64,000 nucleotides of DNA from Candidatus Babeliales bacterium (GTDB taxonomy: Bacteria; Babelota; Babeliae; Babelales; JBFXEV01), in assembly GCA_963716425.1 (NCBI GenBank), contig OY970310.1, forward strand, positions 1,539,577 to 1,603,576, given 5' to 3'. Below the pieces are notes generated by a model that ran no database searches, was not told the origin of the DNA, and worked only from the letters and a program-made list of their open reading frames with translations. Shown one piece after another: positions 1 through 10,890 of this stretch (position 1 is the first letter of the stretch; each line of letters starts with the position of its first letter). The position numbers and the translations under genes were made by a program.

Positions 1-1
1 A

Positions 2-631
2 GTAAATGAAGCAGATGCGCGTACGAATTTTAGGACTCATGGTTTACCCAAAGTTGCAGTAGTACCATTACCGCAACTTGCGCATCAAGAAGAGGAGCCT
101 ATGGATGAGGGTGATGATGAAGCCGCATATCAAGAGGATGAAGAAGGTGGCCAAGAACAGCAGGGTAATGGAGTTGAGCCTGCCCTAGAAGAAGAGCAGG
201 CTCATGCAAAGTGGTATATTGTGGTTACAGATCCAGCTCAAAAACATAAACTCACTGTGTTTGAAGAATCAACTTGCGAGCAAGTGGTTGCATTGTATCT
301 TGCTTCAAAGATCCCTTACTTAACACATGACTGTACTGAAGTGCAAGAGCAAGGGAAACAGCTTGAACTAAACGAAGAACTTGTCAAACAATTAATGGTG
401 CAAGACAAGAAAGCCCCTAGGAAGTTGGTATGTCCAGATGAAGCTTGTGAAGTAATGTTTACGCAAGAGGGTGCAGCTTCTCCAAAAAGCTTGTCTGATT
501 TGTTTGAAAAGATGGCATTGCATCATATGAAGACTCATCCTATAGAATCTGATAACGTGCTCGCACAAAAAGCAACTCATCTTGCAGCATCAAGTTTTGA
601 ACAAGCCTATGCTAATGTGCAAGATAATTAG
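2..631 (+). CDS. hypothetical acidic protein, C-terminal part (5' end outside window)
   Basis: The frame of the listed 101..631 ORF stays open back to nt 2 (VNEADARTNFRTHGLPK...), so the listed Met is probably internal. D/E-rich; no family recognised. Confidence 0.5.
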   Translation, partial: VNEADARTNFRTHGLPKVAVVPLPQLAHQEEEPMDEGDDEAAYQEDEEGGQEQQGNGVEPALEEEQAHAKWYIVVTDPAQKHKLTVFEESTCEQVVALYLASKIPYLTHDCTEVQEQGKQLELNEELVKQLMVQDKKAPRKLVCPDEACEVMFTQEGAASPKSLSDLFEKMALHHMKTHPIESDNVLAQKATHLAASSFEQAYANVQDN

Positions 632-635
632 GAGC

Positions 636-1724
636 TTAGCGGGAATGCCCCATGAGAGCCACTACTACTTCAATGGTGATCAAAATAATAATGAGTACCG
701 TTAAAATGTCTTCTCGCACTGCATCAGTTTTATCTCGATAGATCATATGAATATCTTCAATGATCTCCAATTTGCTTTTAATAGAAGCACGCCAGCTATC
801 AAGTTCCAGTTTACTATTAAGCATGGTATAGGTCTCAGAAATATATGTTTCACCGGCAAGTTTAATACTACCCTCAAGCCGTTCAATAATGGCTGAGATA
901 TCAACTTTAAGCATGGCAAGTTGGCTGACCGGATCTTTCATTGCCGTACCAATAATAGGCAAATAGGTTTTGAGTGGAGTCTTTTGCACTTCTTGTTGGT
1001 AGACAGAATACAATTGTTTATCAAGTACGCGGTCAAAATATTGTAATTGGAGTGCTTGGATATTCACAAATTCAAAAAGGGGAATGAGTTCTTCATATTC
1101 TTCGTCATATACAAAAGCAGCGTCGGTATCAATGACTGTTAAGTCGCCACGATAATAGCCATGCGCGCCCTCCATGATATCATTTTTTTGATATTCAGAG
1201 AGTGATTCAGTTTCGAACCGTAAGAGCGAAGCAATGGTGCCGCCAAACTTTTCTTTTAGTTGTGCTACATCAAAAACGGCAGGTTCTTGTTCCACTTGGA
1301 TTACCACATATGACGTACGCAAATTAAAGAAATGTGCTTGTTTGATCTGTTTTTTTATGGTCTTAAAGACAATTTGAGCATCTTCAACACTTTGTTCTTG
1401 ATATTCATGATCAATTTCAGAGAGTTCATTTTTGAGATTTTCAAGAGTATCTTCAAAGGGAATTTTGTAAATTAATGAGATTACCCCAAACGTATGAAGA
1501 TTTACACTTATGCATTTGCTGCTTGAATAAGGGTGTGGCAATTCAACGGAAAGAGGTAAATGATAATTCTTAAAATATTTTGGAACGTTTACTGGGCGGG
1601 TAAATATTGCATCCAGTTGTTCAACCGCCTTCAAATTAATGACATCACCAACATCAAATGCGTAAAATATATAAATATTTCCCGTAAAGAGATGGTCTTG
1701 CGTACTTTTTATTTCCTGATTCAT
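636..1724 (-). CDS. DUF155 / RMD1-YagE family protein with a C-terminal TM helix
   Basis: ATG at 1724 is preceded by GGAG; the listed GTG at 1742 would overlap the lepA stop. The C-terminal ...REDILTVLIIILITIEVVVAL resembles the conserved membrane tail of DUF155 proteins. Confidence 0.55.
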   Translation of the reverse strand: MNQEIKSTQDHLFTGNIYIFYAFDVGDVINLKAVEQLDAIFTRPVNVPKYFKNYHLPLSVELPHPYSSSKCISVNLHTFGVISLIYKIPFEDTLENLKNELSEIDHEYQEQSVEDAQIVFKTIKKQIKQAHFFNLRTSYVVIQVEQEPAVFDVAQLKEKFGGTIASLLRFETESLSEYQKNDIMEGAHGYYRGDLTVIDTDAAFVYDEEYEELIPLFEFVNIQALQLQYFDRVLDKQLYSVYQQEVQKTPLKTYLPIIGTAMKDPVSQLAMLKVDISAIIERLEGSIKLAGETYISETYTMLNSKLELDSWRASIKSKLEIIEDIHMIYRDKTDAVREDILTVLIIILITIEVVVALMGHSR

Positions 1725-1734
1725 GTTTTGCTCC

Positions 1735-3563
1735 TTATTCACCTTTTTTTAGAATTGCCATAAAGGCTTCCTGTGGTACGCGAACGGTACCAACTTGCTT
1801 CATTTTCTTTTTACCTTCTTTTTGTTTTTCAAGTAATTTTCGTTTACGCGTAGATATCGCCACCATAACATTTTGCAGTAACGTTTTTGCGTAGCGCAGT
1901 AATAGATTCACGCGCAATAATTTTTGCTCCAATGGCAGCTTGAATAGCAACTTCAAATAATTGGCGCGGAATTACTTTGCGTAATCGTTGGGTCAGTTCT
2001 CGCCCCATATAATATGCTTTATCGGCATGCACAATAGTAGAAAGCGCATCAACCGGTTTGCCATTGAGTAAAATATCCATTTTTACCAAATCTGATATTT
2101 GAAAGCCTGCTTCTTCATAGTCAAAGCTTGCATATCCAGAACTGAGTGATTTAAGTTCATCATAAAAATCTGTTGCTACTTCATTAAGAGGTAATCGATA
2201 TTTAAGAATAAGCCGTTCTTCAGAAAGATAGCTCATCTCATTTTGCTCGCCACGTTTCTCTTGGCATAAGTTAAGAACGACTCCAAGATATTGTTGTGGC
2301 ACAATAATAGTAGCATTGATAATTGGCTCTTATATGGCCTCAATAATGCCCGCATCAGGAAAATCTGAGGGGCTTTCAATATTAATTATTTCACCGGTAT
2401 TTTTAATATTTACTTTATATAAAACGCTCGGTGCTGTTGCAATGACATGAAATATTATATTCTTGTTCAAGCCGCTGCTTGAACACGTCCATATGTAAGA
2501 GGCCTAAAAATCCACATCTAAAGCCAATGCCAAGGGCCGTAGAGGTTTTCTTTTCAACCGTTACACTTGCATCATTGAGGGTTAATTTTTCAATGGCATC
2601 GCGCAATAATTCAAATTCAGAATTTTCTACCGGATAGATACCAGCAAATACCATAGGTTTTGCTTTTTTAAATCCAGGAAACGGCGTTCCCTTTTGCTTG
2701 CGATGGAAAATAGTATCGCCTACTCGTGCTTCTTTAACTGTTTTCATGCCGGTAATTACATAGCCAACTTGGCCTGCATAGAGTGCATGCATTGGTTCTT
2801 GGTCAGGGTACATGATCCCACACTCAAGAATTTCATATTCGTTACCGGTATGGGCAAGTTCAATCATGTCACCTTTGGTCAAACAGCCGTCTTGAACCGC
2901 CACCAAACAGATGACTCCTTTGTATTCATCATACCATGAGTCAAAAAGAAGTGCTTTAAGCGGAGCATCGTTATTGCTTTTAGGAGCGGGCATGCGCTCA
3001 ATAATTGCGCCTAAAATCTCGGTGATGCCAATACCTTTTTTGGCAGAGGCCATGATAAACTCTTTTTTCTCAAAGTCAAAAATTTGGAACATTTCTTTGG
3101 AGACACGGTCAATTTGAGCGGTAGGCAAATCAATTTTATTGATAACGGGTACAATGCTTAAATCTTGTTCAAAAGCCAAATAAAAGTTTGCCATTGTTTG
3201 GGCTTGTACCCCTTGGCCTGCATCAACCAAGAGCAGGGCGCCTTGGCAGGCATAGAGAGAGCGGGATACTTCATAGCTGAAGTCAACGTGTCCTGGAGTA
3301 TCAATCAGGTTTAATAAGTAATTTTGACCATTATAGGTGTATATCATTGAGGCAGTTTGTGCCTTCACGGTAATACCCCGTTCTTGCTCAACTTGGAGCT
3401 TGTCTAAAAATTGATCCTTTTTTGTTCTATCTGATAATGTTCCGGTGAATTCGAGTAACCGGTCAGAAAGAGTAGATTTGCCGTGGTCAATGTGGGCAAC
3501 AATAGAAAAATTTCTTATTTTATCAGGAGTAAATTGTTTCAAATCCAGCTGTTTGGGATCCAT
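1735..3563 (-). pseudogene. lepA: elongation factor 4 (LepA), disrupted by two +1 insertions and one in-frame TAA
   Basis: N-terminus [25 protein letters not shown] and NKID, with C-terminus ...[27 protein letters not shown]. The reading frame changes near 2447 and near 1851-1852, and there is an in-frame stop at 2330-2332 (..[25 protein letters not shown]). Confidence 0.85.
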
Positions 3564-3718
3564 AGTGCTCAGTGCTGCCTTTCGCTTATGAGTATTGGTT
3601 TAAGTGTATCAAATTGGGGTGATTAGTAAATGAAATGGCGTTTTAAAGAAGTGCTTACTTCTCTATGATCTCTGTGATAGACTTAATTGCATTAAACTCT
3701 CACATCGAAAGATTCACT

Positions 3719-4528
3719 ATGTACAAGAAATTACTTTTAATGCTAATGGCTGCTGGTCAATTAGTGGCGATGGAACCTGCTGACAGTTCTAAATCAGATA
3801 CAACGACCTGTAATTTTAAGTTGAATAAAAATGTAAGAATTATGCTTGCAAACAGGCGAACAATAGCATGGCCAGCAGAATCTCATCAGGTTACCCCATT
3901 CGAGCGGAGCATGGCACAGAAAATTTATGAGGATGGCCAGCAAAGCTTGAATACTCTTTTTGAGCAAGCCACAACTGTGCTTAGAGGCGATAATGTCGAT
4001 GACCAGGTTGCTTTTTTTGATGTGGTAATTAAAAAATTAACTATATCCGAGCATCTCCAGCATCCAATGGGTTATATGGTATCAAGAGGTCGGCTTGAAG
4101 GGGTGCTTCTTAGTTTGGCGTTGTATTGTCAGTTGCAAAACCAGGGCAACGGTACTCAGGGAATTTGGGATAAAGTGCTTGCTACTAAGCAATATATTGA
4201 TGCTCGTTCATTTCAAGATATCTCCCAAAAAGATAAACGTTTAATGTGTTGTATGTATAGGCGACTTAGCTTACATGAGAATTGTCCTAAAAAGGTGGCA
4301 TGTAGAAATTGTATTGGCCATGTGAGCGATCATATTGCAGAAAATGTCGTAGATAGCTGTTGCGCCGATAAAGTAAATTTGGGGCATGCATGCGATAAGT
4401 GTGCAAAAAGGATAAAATGTGATCTCTATGGGAAAGTGAAAAAATTAGTCTATGGCCTATATCATTTCGGAGTAGCTACTCAAAAAGCGGAGCATAAAGC
4501 GTTGATTGAATGGGTGAACGCTAAATAA
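3719..4528 (+). CDS. secreted Cys-rich (CxxC...CC...CxxC) protein, paralogue A
   Basis: Leader MYKKLLLMLMAAGQLVAME. The C-terminal half aligns with the next gene (LALYCQ / CRNC..CC..ACDKC / GLYHF / ALIEW). Confidence 0.65.
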   Translation: MYKKLLLMLMAAGQLVAMEPADSSKSDTTTCNFKLNKNVRIMLANRRTIAWPAESHQVTPFERSMAQKIYEDGQQSLNTLFEQATTVLRGDNVDDQVAFFDVVIKKLTISEHLQHPMGYMVSRGRLEGVLLSLALYCQLQNQGNGTQGIWDKVLATKQYIDARSFQDISQKDKRLMCCMYRRLSLHENCPKKVACRNCIGHVSDHIAENVVDSCCADKVNLGHACDKCAKRIKCDLYGKVKKLVYGLYHFGVATQKAEHKALIEWVNAK

Positions 4529-4721
4529 CGAGTAGGTATAAGAGAAAGATTATCTCGGTTTCAAGAAATATGCTTGGAGAATACAAATTAGAGTAATTAG
4601 TAAATGAGAAGGCCATTAAGAAGAGTCTTTTGTTTGAACGCGATCCTATGATACATTGGAAAGTGTGATAAATTGAAAATGGAGAATTTGGGAAAAACAT
4701 TTTTCTTGGTAGAGAGGGAGT

Positions 4722-5537
4722 ATGAAAAAGATAGGGCTACTATTTGCGTGTCTATCAATCGTTCCGATAAAATCAATGCAAAGATCAAGAAGTTGGTCCG
4801 CAGGACAAGGTGTTGAATCTCCCGTTCTTCGGCAACAGAGTATTGCAAATCCGGCGTATGGCAATGTGCAAGAACAGTTTGAAGATCAGGCAAAAGCACG
4901 AGAAGATCAATGGCGCCAGTGGAAAGTGCAAGCGCCACGCGCACTGCAAGCAGCTCCAGAAGAAACATTATTATTTTTTAAGCGAATAACTGATGATGTA
5001 GTTGAGTGGGGGTCATTACCTTTTGGAGAAACGACTGATTATTCTGCACAGAGGTTGTTTGCTGTAGCATTATTTTGCCAAACAAGAGATATGCTCATAA
5101 CAGCGCATAAAAAAAATGTTTCAGTGTGGAGCTTGTTAGATAACTGCAAGAAGAAGATTGAAGCAATGGATGCCGGATCGCTCACTGGGCAAGATCGTGC
5201 AATTATCTATCAAATATGCAGAGATGGGACAGTCGGTATGCATCACGATGATGAGCCATGCATGGGTAAAGCAACCATATGTAAAGATTGTAAACGGCTG
5301 ATTTCAGTGCTTGTATGCTTATCTACGATTGATCGGTGTTGCAAAGAAACTGCATTTCCTGCTGGTATAGTGAAAGGGTATGAAGGATATGCATGTCCAC
5401 CATGTACTGAGAAATTAAGACATAAGTTGCTGCTTCGTGTAAAAAGTCTTATTATTGGTTTTCACCAGTTTCAATTAGTACCTAAAACACCAGAAGATAT
5501 GGCGCTTGTGAAATGGGCAATTTGTTTTGGAAAATAA
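4722..5537 (+). CDS. secreted Cys-rich (CxxC...CC...CxxC) protein, paralogue B
   Basis: GAGGGA RBS and leader MKKIGLLFACLSIVPIKSMQ. The blocks VALFCQ / CKDC..CC..ACPPC / GFHQF / ALVKW parallel those of 3719..4528. Confidence 0.65.
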   Translation: MKKIGLLFACLSIVPIKSMQRSRSWSAGQGVESPVLRQQSIANPAYGNVQEQFEDQAKAREDQWRQWKVQAPRALQAAPEETLLFFKRITDDVVEWGSLPFGETTDYSAQRLFAVALFCQTRDMLITAHKKNVSVWSLLDNCKKKIEAMDAGSLTGQDRAIIYQICRDGTVGMHHDDEPCMGKATICKDCKRLISVLVCLSTIDRCCKETAFPAGIVKGYEGYACPPCTEKLRHKLLLRVKSLIIGFHQFQLVPKTPEDMALVKWAICFGK

Positions 5538-5543
5538 GTAATA

Positions 5544-5912
5544 CTACATTATGCCAAGTTTTTTACTCAGTTCATCAATTTCAACATTGCATGCGCCCAA
5601 TGCACTTTGTAAATACGTTAATTGTTTTCTTTGGTAGGCAAGTTGTAAATGTTGCAGCAAAGTTGTTCTTGCTGTAGCAAGGGTTTGCCCCTGCGTGCTA
5701 CTGTGGACTAAGCTTTGCAGATGTATGAAGTGAAGATCGCGCGTAGGTTTTTGGCCTTCCAGCTCCTTTCCAAAAAATGCTTCAATTGTTTCATTATGGG
5801 TAGAAACTTGTTGTGCGCAGGCAAGAATACTTTGCCATCCCTCAGGTTCTTGCATGCCATGGATTTGCATTATGGCGGTGAGGATAAGAGTCGGCAAGAT
5901 TGATTTGATCAT
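5544..5912 (-). CDS. small secreted hypothetical protein
   Basis: 122 aa ORF with leader MIKSILPTLILTAIMQIHGMQE; no family recognised. Confidence 0.5.
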   Translation of the reverse strand: MIKSILPTLILTAIMQIHGMQEPEGWQSILACAQQVSTHNETIEAFFGKELEGQKPTRDLHFIHLQSLVHSSTQGQTLATARTTLLQHLQLAYQRKQLTYLQSALGACNVEIDELSKKLGIM

Positions 5913-6069
5913 GGAGAGTCTCCTTTATAATATGCTTTTTTCTTTTACTATGCCAGCTAGAAAGTACATTTGCAACAGCCCCCAAAGAATGCTATAACGG
6001 CTTGTGAAAATATGTCAAATCAGGTATAATTAAGGTATCTCAAATTTGAACCTTTAAAGGATAGAGCCC

Positions 6070-8768
6070 ATGGCCGTGACAAAAGATCAGACAAATAATA
6101 AGCGGGTAGAACCGATACTTATTGAAGATGAATTAAAGAATTCGTTTTTAGACTATGCTATGTCGGTTATTGTAAGTCGTGCACTACCTGACGTACGTGA
6201 CGGTCTTAAGCCAGTGCATCGCCGTATTTTATACTCCATGAACCAATCTGGGTTTCATTATAATAGACCATATCATAAATCTGTGCGCATCGTGGGTGAC
6301 GTACTTGGTAAGTATCATCCACATGGTGATAGTGCCGTTTACAACACTATGGTTGGTATGGTGCAAGAATTTTCAAAACGGTATCCATTACTCGATGGCC
6401 AAGGAAACTGGGGTTCGGTGGACGGTGATAGTCCTGCTGCCATGCGTTATACTGAAGTGCGCATGCAAAAAATTTCTCAAGAAATTTTGGCCGATTTAGA
6501 TAAAGAGACAGTACCATTTGTGCCCAACTTTGATGAATCTACAGTAGAGCCAGTTATTTTGCCAAGCGACTTCCTAACTTGCTTGTTAATGGTACTGCAG
6601 GGATTGCAGTGGGTATGGCAACATCTATCCCTCCGCACAATCTAGGAGAAATTATTGATGCTTGTCTTGCATATCTTGCAAATGAAGATATTTCTGACGA
6701 CGAACTCTTTCAGATAGTGCCTGCTCCTGATTTTCCTACCGGTGGTATTATTTGCGGTCGTGCAGGGATTGTAAAAGCATATAGAACGGGTAGAGGAAAA
6801 TTAGCCTTGCGCGGGGTGGTCGCAGACAGAAGAAACCAAAAAAGGTTCTGCAATCATTATTACTGAACTTCCCTATCAGGTGAATAAGTCAGAACTTATT
6901 ATCAAGATTGCCGATTTAGTCAAAAATAAAGTTATTGAAGGTATTTCTAATATTCGAGATGAGTCTGATCAAAAGGGTATGCGCTTAGTGATTGAACTTA
7001 AGCGAGGAGAAATTCCACAAGTTATCTTAAATCAGTTATATAAATTTACTACATTGCAGCAAAACGTTGCTATCCTGATGCTTGGGCTTCTTGATAATAA
7101 GCCTATTGTTTTCTCGCTGCGTGAACTGATTCGTGAATTTGTATACCATCGCCAAGAAGTAGTTTATAAGCGTACTATATATGATCTTGAAAAAGCAAAG
7201 CAGCGCGAACATATATTGAAGGCTTTATCATTGCGCTTGATAATATTGATGAATTAGTTGCGCTTATTAAAAAATCAGAATCTCCTGAAATAGCTATTAC
7301 AGCAATGCATGCACGGTTTGCATTTAGCACTGAGCAAGCAAAAGCTATTTTGGATATGAGATTGCAACGGCTTACTGGGCTTGAGCAAGATAAGATTCGC
7401 CAAGAATTAGAAGATATTAAGGGACAAATTGCATTCTTAAATTCAATTGTTCAGGATAAAGCAGTGTTAATTGGTGAGGTAATCAAAGAACTTAAAGAAG
7501 TGCGAGGAACTCTATGGCGATGAGCGTAGAACACGTATTGAGGGTCCTATTGATATTCTTACTGAAGCTGATTTAATTCCTGATGAAGACGTGGTGGTCA
7601 CACTTACTCATAAAGGGTACATTAAGCGAGTACCGCTTGCTACCTATGGCGTACAGCATCGTGGTGGTAAAGGTAAGATGGGCAATGACAGCGCTTGATG
7701 AAGGCGATGACATGGTGCTAGATGTATTTGTTGCAAAAACGCATGATATGTTGCTCTTCTTTACTAATTTGGGTCGTGTATATAGCTTACAAGTGTTTGA
7801 AGTGCCTGAAGCTTCTCGTATGGCAAATGGTCGTGCAATCGTAAATCTATTGCCATTGCAAGAAGGTGAGCACGTAGTAAAATTATTGCGTGCACGAGAT
7901 CTTGATGGCAAAAGCTTGGTGATGATTTCCAAAAATGGTGTTATCAAACGAACTGAAGCTTCTCAATTTGCAAATATTCGAGCTACCGGTATTAGAGCGT
8001 GCTACGCTCCGTGAAGATGATATGCTGGTATTCTGCGCATTAAGTTCCGGACATGATACTATTGTTATTGCAACAGCAAAAGGGCAAGGTATTCGCTTTA
8101 AGGAAGACGAAGTACGTATTATGGGTCGCCAAGCGGCTGGTGTACGCGGTATTCGTTTGCGTAAAGGTGATTACGTAGTTGGTATGCAAATAGTTCCTAC
8201 TGATGACGTGCGCGATATCTTGTTTGCAACATCTGGTGGTTATGGAAAACGAGTGCGCCCAGAAGACTTCCGGGTAGCCCATCGTGGTGGTTATGGTGTG
8301 CGCACTATTCCTACTGATGCGCGCAACGGGATGGTGATTGGACTTGCTGCAGTATCAGAACAATCTAATATCTTGCTCATTGATGAAGCCGGTAAAATGA
8401 TTCGATTATCACCTTCAGAAATTCGTACAATGGGTCGCCAAGCAAAAGGTGTTCGCCTTATTAAGTTGGATAAAGATCAACATCTTGCAGCGATGGTTGC
8501 ATTTGAGGAAGAAGCTCCAAATGGATCTGATGAAAATCATAACCAAAATGGTGATGCTGGCCCTCATAAAGTAACTGGTGCGGTTAAAGCCGCTGCTATT
8601 ATTGACGACGAGACGGATATTGAATTAAAAGCAATTGACCAAAAAGATATTCAAGTCGTTTTTGATGATCCAGATTATGAAGATGAATATGGTGACGAAG
8701 AAGACGATGATGAAGAAGAAGAAGTTGAAGATGATGCGGCGGATGACGATGATGCCATGGTCTTTTAA
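6070..8768 (+). pseudogene. gyrA: DNA gyrase subunit A, reading frame broken about six times
   Basis: GyrA motifs are spread over six ORF fragments in three frames ([74 protein letters not shown] and the C-terminal beta-pinwheel repeats). Frame switches lie at about 6564, 6822-6825, 7218, 7506, 7684 and 7997-8001. The C-terminus is a D/E-rich tail. Confidence 0.85.
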
Positions 8769-8843
8769 TATTGAAGGCACCGAACATCCCGAGTGTTCTA
8801 CGTGGCATTAGCTAAGTAGCACATATCGGGGGATAATTTTTGT

Positions 8844-9983
8844 ATGCAACTTACGCCCGAAAACATTTTATTACATATTACACTTATTGATGGACTTGGT
8901 CCTGCGGTGGTAAAGCGTTTACTCGCTTGTTTATTGCCGGACCAACTTCCTCTTCTTTACGAATTTGGCATATCAGATTTGATGCATCGTTGCCAGTTGC
9001 CAGAAAATATTGCCAAGAGATTATACGATGGCTTGCAGAATATGGCTGCCTTTGAACGTGAATTACAGCTCTTGAAAGATCATAACCTTGTGTGGATGAG
9101 TCTTCTTCATCCTAATTTCCCCCCGTTACTCAAAGAAATTCATTTGCCTCCTATAGGCCTTTATATTCGTGGTAAAATTCCAGCAACAATGTCTTGCTTG
9201 GCGGTAGTTGGTTCTCGCGCCGCCAATTTGTATGGGCAGCGCGTGGTTGATCGATTAATACCAGAACTGTGTGCGCAAGGTATTGTTATTGTAAGCGGTG
9301 GTGCTTACGGCATTGATATGATGGCGCATAGTGCAGCAGTGGCTGCCAGATGCCCTACTATTGCGGTGATGGGTAGTGGGCTGTTACAAATTTCTCGCGA
9401 AGACAATGTAAAACTATTTCCTCGCATAGTGCAAACTGGTGGTGCGATAGTAAGTCCTTTTCCACTCACTATGGATGCATTACCCGGGCATTTTCCTGCA
9501 CGCAATCGCATTATTGCTGGTCTTTCACAAGGATGCTTGGTGGTACAGGCTGCCAAGAAAAGTGGCGCGCTTATTACTGCTACCTTTACACTTGAACAAG
9601 GCCGAGAAGTATTTGCAGTTCCCGGAGCAATAGATGATGAGCTGTCTGCAGGGTGCCATAACTTATTGCGCCAAGGGGCAACTCTTGTGGAAACTGCAGC
9701 AGATATTACCGGGGTAGTACCTATATTCACGAGCAAGCCTATGCAAATGACTATTGGTGCTCAAGATGAACTTATTAAAGATGTTTCAGTTAAAATACAA
9801 GAAAAACAGGGCACGGGAAATTTAGTGGATGATTCTTTGGTAGCACTGTGCGCCAAGCCAGTATCTGTTGATGATCTTGCAAGTAAACTTCAGCTTGATC
9901 TTTTTGATGTGCAGACACGGCTTTTTGAACTCCAGATGGCAGGTAGGGTGCAACAAAACTTTATGGGATTGTGGCATATTTAA
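8844..9983 (+). CDS. dprA: DNA processing protein DprA/Smf
   Basis: VVGSRAANLYG...IVSGGAYGIDMMAHSAA...FPARNRIIAGLSQGCLVVQAAKKSGALITA, plus a C-terminal winged-helix-like region. Confidence 0.85.
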   Translation: MQLTPENILLHITLIDGLGPAVVKRLLACLLPDQLPLLYEFGISDLMHRCQLPENIAKRLYDGLQNMAAFERELQLLKDHNLVWMSLLHPNFPPLLKEIHLPPIGLYIRGKIPATMSCLAVVGSRAANLYGQRVVDRLIPELCAQGIVIVSGGAYGIDMMAHSAAVAARCPTIAVMGSGLLQISREDNVKLFPRIVQTGGAIVSPFPLTMDALPGHFPARNRIIAGLSQGCLVVQAAKKSGALITATFTLEQGREVFAVPGAIDDELSAGCHNLLRQGATLVETAADITGVVPIFTSKPMQMTIGAQDELIKDVSVKIQEKQGTGNLVDDSLVALCAKPVSVDDLASKLQLDLFDVQTRLFELQMAGRVQQNFMGLWHI

Positions 9984-10075
9984 ACGTGTCGAGGTTCTGT
10001 GTCTGTCTGCTATGCATTCTTAAAGTGTATGCTACCGCCGGCGCCGTCTCGGTCTATATTTTGTAGGAGTGTTTT

Positions 10076-10861
10076 ATGATGAATAGGCTTTTTATAAATA
10101 CGTTTGATGAATTGGATGTATCAAAAATTAAGAATTTGCTAGAAGCTGGTGTTGCTGTTAATGCTAGAGATGAATATGATACTACTGCATTGCACGTGGC
10201 ATCCATCCAGGGTCGTAAAGAAATAGTTGAATTGCTATTACAGAATGGTGCAGATGTTCATGCAAAAGATAAGGATGATGAAACTGCATTATTGCAGGCC
10301 GCGGCTCATGGCCATACAGAAGTCGTTAGGGTATTATTGACACATGGCGCTGATGTTACTGTGCAAGACAAATATGGTTGGACGGTTTTGCATGAAGCAG
10401 CGTATAATGGCAGCAAAGAAACAGTTGGATTATTGCTTGCCCATGGCGCTGATGTGAATGCAAGAAACGATATTGGTGAAATAGCTTTGCACCGGGTTGC
10501 CCAAAAGGGTAATAAAGAAATGGTGGAATGGTTACTCGTCCATGGTGCCGATGTGAATGCTGAAAGTTTTGCTAAAACAGCCTTGCATATGGCAGCATTC
10601 CATGGCCATATTGAAGTTGTGGAATTTTTGTTGAAATTTGGTGTGGAGCAATCGATTTATATGGATATTTTTCCTGCTTTGCATTATGCGGCGTATAATG
10701 GATATAAAGAAATAGTTCAATTATTATTGACACATGGCGCTTATGTACATGCAAAAAATAAATTAGATAAAACAGCGCGTATGATTGCACTCGAGGAAGG
10801 GCATACCGAAATTGCACAGTTGCTTGAGCAGTATGAGCAGAAAAGGCCTCTCTTTCGTTGA
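10076..10861 (+). CDS. ankyrin-repeat protein (about 7 repeats), no leader peptide
   Basis: Repeated TALH.AA..GH.E.V..LL..GADVNA units; AGGAG RBS. Confidence 0.85.
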   Translation: MMNRLFINTFDELDVSKIKNLLEAGVAVNARDEYDTTALHVASIQGRKEIVELLLQNGADVHAKDKDDETALLQAAAHGHTEVVRVLLTHGADVTVQDKYGWTVLHEAAYNGSKETVGLLLAHGADVNARNDIGEIALHRVAQKGNKEMVEWLLVHGADVNAESFAKTALHMAAFHGHIEVVEFLLKFGVEQSIYMDIFPALHYAAYNGYKEIVQLLLTHGAYVHAKNKLDKTARMIALEEGHTEIAQLLEQYEQKRPLFR

Positions 10862-10890
10862 GTTGCAATTCCACAAATAAAGGTAATTCT

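Noticed and set aside
6070-8768. Programmed frameshifting or transcriptional slippage as an explanation for the gyrA and lepA breaks
   Set aside because: There are too many sites, with about six in gyrA. They shift in both directions. None lies at a slippery heptamer or a long homopolymer. lepA also has a plain in-frame TAA.
8599-8808. 69 aa His/Leu-rich ORF on the minus strand
   Set aside because: It is the antisense reading of the GAT/GAA-rich acidic tail of gyrA, so it is a compositional artefact.
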